From Marsupella aquatica (taxonomy: Eukaryota > Plantae > Marchantiophyta), in the NCBI GenBank assembly GCA_973895155.1, contig OZ316891.1, positions 9,425,875-9,489,874 of the forward strand: DNA of 64,000 nucleotides, given 5' to 3'. The first letter of the stretch is position 1; each line of letters begins with the position of its first letter. A program made the position numbers and the translations under genes. Below the pieces are notes generated by a model. It was not told the DNA's origin, searched no databases, and was given only the letters and a program-made list of their open reading frames with translations. This document shows positions 41,038 through 52,700 of this stretch, piece after piece.

Positions 41038-41338
41038 GATATATAGTGACAACTATATAGACAACATAGACTATACCTATTATATCATGTTCATATGAAA
41101 TACATGATATAAGTACAAGCGAGGTAGACTGTCTCGTTAAAAAACCTTTATCAACTCTAGCTTAGTAAAAACTCTACCAGTGTAGCAGAGAAAAATATGA
41201 ATGCTAAAGGAAAAGGAGTGCAGCCTAACAGTCCTCGTCGTAATAAATGTCAATATTAAATAAAGTCAGATGCTATAGTAAATCTAGTTTTAATATTTGT
41301 CTCAACAGTAGGTTGTCAGCATCATGTCATCAGCAGCA

Positions 41339-44300
41339 TCAATCGTCATGTGGAGTAGTAGCTTCCACGATCATCATGTGTCGCACGCTCCGCAGTCCAA
41401 TCGCCTGGCAGTGTCGGTGATGAACTGATGGTGGTAGTGATTTGGTGAAGAGATCCGCGCAGTTGTCTGCACTTGAAATCTGCAAAATGTTGATCTCTTT
41501 TCCATGGGTGTAGAAAAACTTTGGAGCTATATGCTTCACGCGATCGCCTTTGATGAATCCTTTCGTGATCTGCTGTATACATGTTGCGTTATCCTCAAAA
41601 TGTTAGTAGGCTTCGTTAGTGGTGGTAGGCTGCATTTGGTGTTGATGTGGTTTATAAAGGATCGTAACCAAACGGCTTCACGACTAGCCTCATGTAGAGC
41701 TAAGATTTCTGAGTGATTCGATGAGGTTGCTGTTAGGGTCTGTTTCACGCTTTTCCAAGAAAAGGCGGTACCCCTATAGTAAAAACATATCCGGTTTGGG
41801 ATTTTGCGGTGTCAGTGTCGGAAAGATATCCGGCATCCACATATCCTATGAGTTCGTGGTTTGCACCTAATGGGTAAAATAACCCGGTATCGGTGGTGCC
41901 CCCGGTGGTGCCACGCAGGTACCTAAATACGTGTTTAACTCCGTTCCAGTGTCTGGCTGTGGGAGTTGCACTGTGTCTAGCTAGTAGGTTAACTGCAAAT
42001 GCAATGTCTGGGCGTGTCTGATTTGCTAAATACATTAATGCTCCTATTGCAGAAAGATATGGAGTTTCTGGTCCTAATATTGGTTCATGTTCTTCGCGCT
42101 TGCAAAAAATGTCAGTATTGTTTTCTAATGAACGTACTACCATTGGTGACGTCAATGGGTGTGCTAGGTTCATATTGAACTGTTTTAGGATCTTTTCAGT
42201 TTGTGTTGTTTGATGGAGCATCATGCTAGTAGGCAAGATCTCTAGTTATAATCCTAGGCAAAAGTTTGTATGTCCAAGGTCTTTCATCTCAAATGTTGAT
42301 TTAAGACGAGTAATAGTATCTTCGGTAATTTGGGGTGTCCCAAATATGTTTAAGTCATCAACATAGATAGAAACGATGACATATTCGTCATCCACATGTT
42401 TAATAAATAAACATGGGGTAATGGCATCATGGGAAAAACCCATGGCAATCATTTCATCAGTAAATCTTTGATACCATACTCTGCCACTTTGTTTCAGGCC
42501 ATATAATGCCTTCAACACGCGGATAGCTAGTCCACGGCGAGTATTCTGTACGGTTGACACAGTGGTGTCATTGTTATGAGTTACATGTGTAGATGACACA
42601 TGAGGTATAACTTGAGATAATTGTTTTATAATCTTATATAAATATGGAATATGCAATTTAGTGCCTTGAGCCAAAGCTCGGCGATGTTGATCCAACTCTG
42701 GAGGTGATCGCATGTATAGACGAGTGTCTAAAGTTCCATATAGATATGCGGTTGCAACAGTTGTCGCATCTGTAGTTTATGGAAAATGGTAAATCTGATA
42801 AGGTATTGGAATGTTGTGCTATCCATAACCGGTGAGTAAGTTTCATCGTAATGAATTCCCGGTTGTTGAGTAAATCCTTTCCCTACCAGACGTGCTTTGT
42901 AGCGTACAACTTGGCCTTTATCATTTCTTTTGCGGACGAATGTCCACTTGTAGCCAATGGGGTGTACGTCTTGCGGTGTTGGCTCAACTGGGCTAAAAGT
43001 GTGTCTGCTTAGTAGGGAATCTAATTCTCCATTTATAGCTTTTTGCCATTCAGACCAATCTAGTCTATTTTGGCATTCTAAAATGGATATTGGTTCGGGT
43101 GTATCATCAGTGATATGTGTTGCCACCATTAATGCAAAAGCATCATCTATTGAAGAAGTATTTCTATCCCACATCGCACTGGTGTGTGCGTAGTGGATAG
43201 AGATCTCTTTATGAGTTGTAGATTCGGTATGATCGACATCAAGTGAAGGGGGTATAGATGAACCACGCCTTCTTGGTTGTTTATCCTTTGATCCTAAGGG
43301 TCTGCCACGTTTGGTACGAGGCTGGGATGTACTTGCTGGCTCACTTGATAATGCGATGTGAGTAGATGCTCTCACAGCTGGAATATGTGAACGGCTAACT
43401 TGTGATGTATCGACAAAAGCGTCGGGAAGTTCTTCCACAATCTTGTGGAGTTGCAAAATTTGTTGAACTTCTTTCTCCCCTTGAATGGTTCTAAGGTCTT
43501 GCCAAAATGGCGAGTGTCTTTCCCACTCCAAAGGTGGTTGTGGGTGTTCAGGGGTTATTAATGGTGGGTAAATGTGTTCATCAAAATGGCAATCTAGAAA
43601 TCTGGATTTAAAAACGTCGCCAGTTGTAAGCTCCATATATCGGATTATGGACGGAGAGTCGAATTCGATGTATATCCCCAACTGTCGTTGGGGTCCCATC
43701 TTGGTTCGTTTGGGTGGAGTAATGGGAACCATTACTTGACATCCAAATGAACGAAGGTGGGATAGGTCAAGTTTAATACCATTAGCAATTTGGTTTGGGC
43801 TATAGGTATTAAAAGTCGATGGGCGGTATTGGATTAATGCATTAGCCTGTAATATGGCATGTCCCCATGCTGAGACGGAGAGTTTCGACTGCATTAGTAG
43901 TGGGCGTGCAATGAGCTGAAGGTGTTTAATGACAGCTTCAGCTAATCCATTTTGGAAATGCACGTGGGGTACAGGATATTGTACGTCGATGCCAAATGAT
44001 GTACAAAAATCATCAAATGTTTCAGATGTGAATTCCCCTGCGTTGTCCATCCTTAGTGTCTTAATGGGGTGATCTGGGAATTGTGCCTTCACGCGCAGGA
44101 TTTGCGCCAAGATGTGAGGCATCACCATGTTCCTCGTTGAAAGTAGGGTCACATTTGACCATTTAATGGATGCATCGATTAATACCATAAAGTAGCGGAA
44201 TGGTCCGCTCGGTGGGTTAATTGGCCCGCAAACGTCTGCATGTATTATTTCCAAGAATTTGAGTATTTTGGTTGGTAATTTTGATGCCGTGGGTCTTGTT

Positions 44301-45966
44301 ATTAATTTTCCGTGTGAGCATGCAGTGCATGGGGTGCTAGCTGGAATGTGGCGTGTATTGACTGGAATGCCTCTTGAATTCTTAATTATTTTGTTAAGCA
44401 TTGATTGGCCGGGGTGGCCGAGGCGTGCATGCCAAAGCGCGGGCAATTCACTTGTTTGAGCATTGTTATGCAGGCATTCAATGTGAGTTACATAAAACCC
44501 GTAGGGGTACGAGAAAAGGGTTTCTTTAATGATTTTCCCCGTAGGGGTATTTTCAACCAAGTGTATCACTTCCTGGTCTCTTGTATCGCGCGTCTGGACA
44601 TGTACTCCATTTGCTCGTATATCTCTAAAACTGAGGAGATTACGGGTTGCATTCAGGGCAAAAATGGCAGATTCTATGTGAATCGCTGTACCCTACGGTA
44701 GTCTAATGGAAGCTGGGCTGAAGCCTTCTTCTATTTGGCTAGGGCCATTTATAGTGGTTAGGGATCTACGTGAGGGTGTGATCTTGTAAAAAAGGTGTCT
44801 ATCCTTGAGGATAGTATGCGTGGTCGCACTATCGATAATGCATGTGCTTGGGCTATTTAAATCTGGTGTTGTGGAGCTACTTGCCACTAAGTGTGTCTCG
44901 GGTTGGGCAGGTAGGTCTGAAAAGTCTTGGAATGGGTCACTGGACTCTATAAACGCCTCGTGGGTTTCACGGGGTGTTGCCCTAGAGGTTTATCCATCTT
45001 GGAGGGACCGTTGATATAGTTCTCTAAGGTATTGCGGGATTCTATAGTTTCTCGCTAGGTGGTTTGTCATGCCACATTCATGGCATTTCGGTCGTTCCCG
45101 TTGTTGTCGGGATTGTGACCAATCATTTTTGCGGTTGTTGTTATATGTTCTTCCACCGCCGCGTCCTTCTCGTCCACCACGTCCTCCACGTCCTCTAAAG
45201 GTCCGTTGGGAGTTAATTGTGGACTTTGGTTATAGAAACTCCCCCTGTTGTGGGTGTTTCTTCGGTTGCCATTCTTAGTGCGCTTAATGCCCTGCCTCGA
45301 TGTGGAGGGTTCAATGTTTTCTATATTATGGGTTTCATTCTGTGGTCCTGAGGGCAGTGTGCCCGCAGGGCGTTTTCTAGAGTTTACTAAAAGAAGCTCT
45401 TGGTTTCTTTCGGTGACTAGGAGGTGGGCGATGAGCTCGGAGTATTGCCCGAACTTCATGTTCCGGTACTGTGTTGATAGTAACACATTCGATGAATGAA
45501 ACGTCGACAAAGTCTTCTCTAGCAGATCCTTGTCTGTGACTGGCTCGCCACATAGTGCGAGGGTTGAGGTTATTCTAAAGAGTTTGCTATTGTAGGCTAA
45601 AATAGAGGTAAAGTCCTGGACTCGTAGGTTTAGCCAGTCTTGCCTGGCTTTAGGTAGTTCGACCAGTTTTTGGTGGTCGAATCGGGTTTGGAGCGCTGTC
45701 CATAGTTCACGAGGGGTTGAGAGGTGCATGTATTGTCTTTGCAAGAATCTATGGATGTGACGTCTAAGGAATACTAGAGCCTTGGATTCATTGGCTTTAG
45801 TTAACGGGTCTGGTTGGGGTTCGCCAGCTAGTATGGGTTGAGCTATCCCTATAGCTGGGAGTAGGGTTAGCGAGGTAAGGTTCTCTCTGAGGTTCATTGA
45901 CCATTCCAGGTAGTTGCTACCGTCGATTTTTAGAGTTGGAAATGTTAATTTCTCTAGGTTGGTCAT
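41339..45966 (-). pseudogene. Copia gag-pol polyprotein, disrupted
   Basis: Gag starts MTNLEKLTF at 45966. Domains seen: zinc knuckle CHECGMTNHLARNY, protease CIIDSATTHTIL, integrase WHARLGHP/CTAC/IHADVCGP/LRMDNAGEF/QNGLAE, RT YKARLV/LYGLKQSG/YVDDL, RNase H YVDAGY/SNHSEILAL/NCADLFTK. Stops at 44990, 44693 and 42246; frameshifts near 45215, 42760, 41770 and within RNase H. Confidence 0.93.
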
Positions 45967-46139
45967 CGGGGTGGTGACTTGATTCCTTTTTAATGGTTGT
46001 TGAGGCTTATATACTAGTAAGTATAGTAAGAAACGACAAAGCACATTTTCTACGATATGCAAAGTGGGGCTAGGTGGAGAGAGCATGCAAATCCAAAATT
46101 TAATTTTAGGGTTTGCACTTAGGATTTAGGTTTTCCTTG

Positions 46140-46420
46140 GTATTTGGTTAACTGCAAAGTTTCCTTTGTATTTTCTCTTTCCTTTGTTGAATTGTGCAGT
46201 AATGAAGTTTTGCAGTTTGTGCAGTTATGGGTGATTATTTACTCATGCCCTGGTTAAGTGCACGTCCGTCTTTGTATAGTTGAGTTTTCTTTGTTACGGT
46301 ATGCAGTTATGAAGGTTTTGCGGTTATGTGCGCTTATTTGGTTAAGTGCAACTTTTCCTTTGTAATTGAAATCTCTTTGACAGATTTTGCAGTTAAAGAG
46401 GGTTTGCACTTAGCGACAAT
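46140..46420. repeat. Three degenerate ~90-105-bp repeats in the retrotransposon leader
   Basis: tggttaa(c/g)tgca...ctttgta...tgcagt(a/t)a at ~46145, ~46251 and ~46338. Confidence 0.7.
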
Positions 46421-47399
46421 TTACTCGTGTTTTTGTCGATTTCTTGCGTGCTAATGTTGCGTAATGCTACTGGTAGTTGCTCCGGTTTGTATCTCGTTCA
46501 CGCCTTGTCGAGCTCTTTCCGTGGGCTCCAATGTTTCTCCTCTCCTCTCAATCTCAAACCTCGTCCTAAACTTTACTCACCGATTCCGTTCTTGAATTGA
46601 AGCTTACGAGCCACCGACAGTAATCTTGTTATTGGATCTCAAATTGAACTTGTGCCGCACAGGCTTCATAGTTCTGTACTTCAGCATAGGATAAGAATCA
46701 ATCCTTTTTCTTATTGTGGCGAATGTCTGTCACCTCGATTTACTGGCGAAATCTCCCTATTCTTCGAACGATGGTCATTTATTGCTTCGATGCGACGTCT
46801 GCCTTTACATCAGTGTCGACCTCAAAATTTCCCGAAGTGCTCTCTGTTGCCTGCAGTCTGCATGACCCTTCGAAATTGTCTTCGGCTTCACTCGCTAGTC
46901 ATCTGCTTCACCTCTGCGGCTTTGCGTCTTGTGGCTGTCCTTGAGGAGATTATCTCTCGCCGCGCCTCAATCATCTTCAATATTGATGGCCAATACTGTC
47001 ATTGTGGAAGGCCTGCTTCGCTGCTTTTTCCTTACCGAAATCTTCACACCACTTCCGATTTCTTTTCGTATTTCTCCGTGCTATGTTTTCTCAGGCTCTC
47101 TTTGGCTTCCCGTCCCCGACGAATCATATAATCGTCTTCCTCAGTGAACTTTGATGCACGTGGCTTCGATTCGTCGCTAGGAGAAATTGTGCTTCGCTCC
47201 CTATCTGCTTCGATTGTCGAAAGGTGTTTCCACTTTTGTTATCTTTAGAAGGGTCCGAATCTGTTGGTTCGCTTTGCCCAAGTAAAGACGGGATTTTCAT
47301 TATCCATCGCCAATCACGCTTTGTCTTCCATTCGGGAGAAAAATTTCAATCTTCCATGGTCTTCTCTTGTTTCTTCTTGTGCTCCGCTCGTTGAGCTTT

Positions 47400-47412
47400 C
47401 GTGCTGATAACG
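47400..47412 (-). other. Primer-binding site complementary to the anticodon arm of tRNA-Ile (half-tRNA priming)
   Basis: Minus strand CGTTATCAGCACG directly follows the 5' LTR. The plus strand cgtgctgataacg equals the recalled tRNA-Ile anticodon-arm sequence CGUGCU[I]AUAACG. Confidence 0.8.
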
Positions 47413-47522
47413 TGTCAGAGGTTGAATGAGAATGAGTAGGTGTATAGTCATGAATGAGAGTACATATAGGGTAGTTGGATGACCGGCTGGTCCGGTCGTC
47501 CGGTCAGAGGTAGAGTCTAACA
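47413..47522 (-). repeat. 5' LTR (110 bp)
   Basis: tgtcagag...gtctaaca followed by the TSD caaag. Confidence 0.96.
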
Positions 47523-47699
47523 CAAAGAGGTTTTTAAACAATTTTAGTGTTTATACACAATCAACCGTCCACATCTGACTACACACAGATCCAATGGTCA
47601 TAATGGGATCTACAAAATTTTGCTACTCAATCTGGAGGCTTCTTGGTAAACCATAAGTGCCACCTGCCTGCCCAAAATACAAAAGGAATTCCTGGTTAG

Positions 47700-47821
47700 G
47701 GGTGCTATGGGCAAGTCAGCTAACACTAATTGCACTGATGGGTCAGGGTGCCATGGCCAGGCCAGCCGGGCAGACCAGAGGGGTTGCTTTGAGGGAACAA
47801 AGGGAGCCTGTGCCTACGCCC

Positions 47822-47857
<36 letters not shown>

Positions 47858-48420
47858 GATTTGGGCACATTATTGCTGACTCACCCCCATTTGGAGGACA
47901 ACTTTGTTGACAAGGAGGATTTAGGACACTTATTGCAGAGAGCAATAAAACAAAGTTACCAAAAAACAAAAACAAAATAACAACTAATTGTAGGGAGCGG
48001 TCAGGGGCCAGCTGGGCAGACAGGAGGGGCTGCTTTGGAGAATGAAGGCTGCCTACAGACTCTCTCCTCTCCTCTCCTCAGCTCTTCTATGCCCCTTCCT
48101 GATTTGGGCACATTACAGTGAACTCACCCCCATTTTGGAGGAAAATTATATTAGAAGGGAGGACTAATTGCAATCAGGGTCAGGGGTCTGACGGGCAGGC
48201 CAGCTGGGCAGACCTGACGGGCTGCTTTGAGGGAACCAAGGCAGCCCCCACCCGTCCATCCTCCTCTCCTTCCCGATTTGGACACATTACAGTCTACTCA
48301 CCCCACTTTGGAGGACAATTCTATTAATTAACAAGGAGAACTAGTTGCACTCAGGCGTGGTCTAACTGGCAGGCCAACCTGGGCAGACCTGATTGGCTGC
48401 TTCAAGGAAGGAAGCCCTAT
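47700..48420. repeat. Degenerate ~180-240-bp repeat array, right part (3-4 units)
   Basis: gatttgg(g/a)cacatta..actcacccc..ttggagga at ~47858, ~48101 and ~48275, each preceded by ctaattg..ggtcaggg..gggcagac..gctttg. Confidence 0.85.
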
Positions 48421-48670
48421 CTACCCCTCCTCTCCTCCTCCTTTTCTTTTCCTTTCCTGTCCTCTCTCTCTCTCTCTCTCTCTCCTCTCCTCTGTCCCTC
48501 TTTCTTTTCTTTCTTTTCTTTTCCTTTCCTTTCCAGCTCCTCTCCTCTGTCCCTTATTTTGCTTCCCCTGTCGTTTCTCCTCTCCTCTCCTCTCCTCTCC
48601 TCTCCTCTGTCCCTTATTTTCGTTTCGTTTCGTTTCGTTTCGTTTCGTTTCCTTTCCCTCTCCTCCCCTT
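48420..48670. repeat. Compound pyrimidine microsatellite (CT)n, (CCTCT)n, (TTTCG)n in a promoter/5' region
   Basis: Directly visible runs; ctcctctcctctgtcccttatttt is duplicated. Confidence 0.9.
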
Positions 48671-49724
48671 TCGTCTCGTTGCTAGGCCGAGAGAAACGCG
48701 AGGGTCCTCTCCTCTCTGCTGCCTTTTTGGTCGTTAGTGCTGCTGCTGCGTTCTTCGCTTTACCCCACCGGACTCTTCCTCCTCCTCTTCCTCGTCAGCT
48801 CGCTTCATGCTCGAGCCTCACACTCATTCGCTTCATTAATTACGTCTTCTCCCGCTCGGCATCGCCAGCCACCACCGCCACCACCCACCACCCACCACCA
48901 CACTCGCCTCTCCCTCCTCTCCTCTTCTCGCCTTTGCTTCCTGCGTTGTGTGAATTACCGTAACGCAGCAGATTGGTTTCGGGAATCCACAAGAGTGAGA
49001 GTGAGAGAGATTGAGAGAGAGAGAAAGCGAGATATTAGAGTAGGAGTAGGAGTAGTAGCTCGGGAGACTTCACGACTTCACTTAATCCCAGGTTGTGGGA
49101 TTGTTTCGTTAGTCGTTGACTGGCCTTCGGCCAAGAGAGCCAGCAGAGCAGGATAGAGATAGTGTACGAGAGGAGAGGAGGACTAGAGTTAGGCTCACTT
49201 TGGCAGAGTGGGTTTTGGTGCGGTGGATGGATTTTCACTTCTTTCTTGAGTAATCAGAGATTGGATTCTACTTTACTCGAGCGGTTGATTCGCAGTGTGG
49301 AGGTGCAGCTCTACCTTTTTTGTGGTGAATCGCGTGCTTTGGAGCACGGCAAGGGAGGGGAGGGGAGGAAGTAGCTGAATTGGGTAACGAGGAGGTCGGC
49401 AGAGTGAGCAACGAGTGCGGAGTCACGAGCTCGAGGGAATTCGCACCGGGTTGTGTGGAGGGTAATTCGGGTTGGGAATGGAAGTACGAGGTCCTTACGG
49501 AAAGCAGCATTTTTCCTTGGAGCGAGATTGTACCCAATTGGGCGAATTGCCTGTCCTGGCGGCGGGTGGACTGTCAGGCATTGTTGTCAGCAATTGACCA
49601 GAGCGTGAGGAGAATTTAGATAGCCGAAATAGCATCATGGTGGTCACTAGGCTGCTGCTACTTGTTTGAGGTGGTAGGATGAGGAGACTTGGAGCTGAAT
49701 TCGAATGGGAGATGACTTCAAGTG

Positions 49725-52700
49725 ATGGGCTTGGTCGGTAGCATGGCTGCAGAGGAATCTGCGGTAAATCTGGTGGCAGAGGAGACGTTGGATCCCTCGT
49801 CTCCGGCCCCTGCATTGGTCCAACGTCCCGATGATGGACCCAGTGTTCCTGCTGCTGGCTCTTTCGCAAAGCCTATTCAACCCCCACGCACTCCCGATTG
49901 CGGTCTGTCTCGGGAGCAGGTACTCACTCATCTCGTTAATTCTGCTACTTTGTCAATGCGTGATTGTCTCATGTTTTCATCCAGCCATTAGCTACGGCAA
50001 CCTTGTGAGCTTCCGGGCTAGACCGTACTCGCATTAATTTGCATAGAGGCCTTGCGTAGAAATGTTTTTATCTCCATGGAACGCTCCCATGCTCAAGGGC
50101 GTCATGGTTTCTGCAAGTAGTTGGGCCCACTGAATGAAACTGTTTGGTCGAATTTGCTACCTCTTCCTGGATCAAAGAGCAGGCCGTTTAAAAGTAGAGA
50201 GACGTCCTTTGGACGTCAATGTCTCGCCTTCCACAGTCTCTCACCATTGAATTAGAGCTAGGATTAAGAGAATCACGTTTGGACGGACTCATGTCCTTAT
50301 TATCAGTTCTCGTTTCGGCTTAATATCAGTCTGTCCCACTCTGCTGTAGGGGTTTTGGAACTAGACAGTCTTTGCCTTTCCCTCTCAAGCAATATTCAAT
50401 GAACCCTGCCTGCTACAGAAACCTCCTGAATTTGGCGGATTTCGTTAATCCTTTGGACATGGGTGTAACCAAGATAATTATGGTTCACATCCTGTGACGA
50501 TTCTCCCATGTACTAGTTGCGGAAGCAATTTAGTAAGAAGAACCTAACATCCTATTTTCCATGCAGGTCACTCCTAGATTGCAAGTGCATCTGGCAGCAG
50601 CTGAAAACCGGGTGTCGAACGCTCTCCATCAAGTTATGGAATCTATAGAGAAGAAGCTTTTGGGGGCATTAAAGCAGGCTGCTATAGATATTATCGATAA
50701 CCTGGGTAAAGAGGCCGCAGAATGCATCTTACTTTCACAACGCAAAGCAGCTATGTTGGAATATGAGCTCAACTACACCAAGGAGAATGCTCTGGCCCTG
50801 CTGATGCAAGTCAAACGAGTTTCAGATGCTCAGGTACATTAGATAAACGCCTGTATTGATTTGTCCAATCTCATGCGCTTTAGAACGCTTCTTCTTGAGA
50901 TTTTTGATGGTACAAATCCACAAAGACATTGTGTTTGGCTTTCTCAGTTTTGTCGAATCGATGGTTCATTTTAGGTAGCTGAGGAGGAGTTGTTTATATG
51001 CTACTTGTTTATTGAATTGTTATGGCAGGTTGTCATCTGGTGTAACTTCTATACTATGTCAAAACCTGATTTCGAGAAATCAGTATAATTGCTAGCCTGC
51101 GTGGAAGTTGACATTTTGGAGGAAATTTTGATTTTTGCAGATTTCTGATGCTGAGAATAAGGTCTTGATTGAAGGAAGGCGAGCCCAGGAGGCTGAAGCA
51201 AAACTTCAGTCCATGCAAGAAAACAACAAGAAGTTGAAAGCAGAACTCAAACGGAAGGGGCAGCAAGTTGAAGAGTTTCAGAGAAGCATTTATCCAGCGA
51301 CTGCTCAACAAGGTCTGAAACCGAACGTCACTGAAGGACCAGAAAGTAGGAAAGGGGGAAACAGATTCAACAGTTCAGCAGGAGAAAAGAAAACTCAGCC
51401 AATTGCTGATGCAAGAAAGGACACAAGTGTACTGGCCATGCAGCCAGAAGTCACTACATTTGATCGCTTCGCAAATGGTATTACCGAGGTCCAGACAGAA
51501 AACGTCAGTAATCGTCCACTTGTGGACCGCTTAGCGTATCATGATGCTTACTATGCTACAAGGGTTGAAAAGGGAGTGCTTGCCAATGGAGTACTGCCGG
51601 AGGAGAGGGGTAACTTGGAAGTGACAGGTTCTGGCCATGTGACAGTCAACAAGCTTGACAGCCGGCAAGGGTCGCCGACAAATCAAAGTGGTCCAGTCAC
51701 AGGAGTCGACAACGTTTCTGCTAGAGTACTTCAGCCACACTCTACAACAGAATACTCTTATCTAGCTGTTAGTCAAGCTGAAGTTTCCCCATCTCTTACC
51801 GAGAAAGGTCAAGTCACTTCATCTCTGAAAGCTGATTTGGAAGCAAGGTCGGCAAACGCCTCAGATGAGGAGAAGTCAAGCTTAACTATAGAGGCTCTTT
51901 ATTGCAACGATGAGTCTTTACCTCCGCAAGTTCATTCTGGGGATGAGTATCAGTCCAATAAGTCTCATGATCACATTGGACTAGATACGTCAGATACAGC
52001 AGGTCTGACTTCTGGTGGTCAGAAATTTCTCCATGAGGCCGATATTTCAATTCATTGCACAGAGGAACTGGAAATAGACGAGGATCCTGAAAGAGCTAGT
52101 ACATTTTTGCTAAATACGTCAAGAATTACAAAGACTGTGAAAGGTGACGATAAAGGAGCAAGTCGTCAAGTATTCGAGCTATCTGGTGGTGTTACTGAAG
52201 AGTTCCAGGATGGTTATGAAACACGAGAAAATATTCAAGGCTCTGAAAAGGTGGGTCAAGAAAGTAATGAAACCGTGGAAGGTGTTCATACTGTTGTTGC
52301 TGATCAATCTGTGTTAAAGGAGGCAGAAGCTTCACCTGTGACAGGAAAGCCCAATTCTGATGCGCCTTCCGAAAATGCACAAGTGGTATATACAGTTTCA
52401 AATCACACTGGTAATCTCCCCAACGAAGATACCCGAAGGCCAGAAGCGCAAACCGAGTCCCCTGACAATCTTGTAACTAAGAGAAAGAGAAAGCAAGGAG
52501 CGACTGTTTCAAATTACGACTTACACGTCACAGAAAGGAGTTCGAAGAGATTGGAGGCAGACGGTGGAGTCACTGGAGCTTGTGATCTTCTGGCAGCTGC
52601 AGGAGTTGATGCCCACATCAGTTCCCGTGACAGTAGACGACTTATGCAGGGTGCTCGCCAGGTCCGCAGTCAGTCTTCTATGCACTAATGCAATTGCTGC

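Larger units (their letters stand above)
40918..47522 (-). mobile_element. Full-length, mutated Ty1/copia LTR retrotransposon, Bianca-like
   Basis: Two 110-bp TG...CA LTRs, 5-bp TSD CAAAG (40913-40917 and 47523-47527), PBS, PPT and domain order gag-PR-INT-RT-RNaseH. Gag and pol motifs match the Bianca type (RFDHQKLVELPKARQDWLNLRVQDF, LLEKTLSTFHSSNVLL, KRTKMGPQRQLGIY). Confidence 0.96.

Noticed and set aside
45067-45215. Acidic Gag C-terminus given by the ORF track (EDVEDVVDEK...)
   Set aside because: This is the wrong frame after a frameshift; the shifted frame gives the RGG repeats and the zinc knuckle.
47700-48420. CRISPR-like repeat-spacer pattern in the degenerate array
   Set aside because: The variable segments are homologous CT-rich tracts, not unique spacers, and the units are too long and degenerate.
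48393-49156. Leu/Ser/Pro-rich ORFs
   Set aside because: They are translations of pyrimidine microsatellites and 5' UTR sequence.
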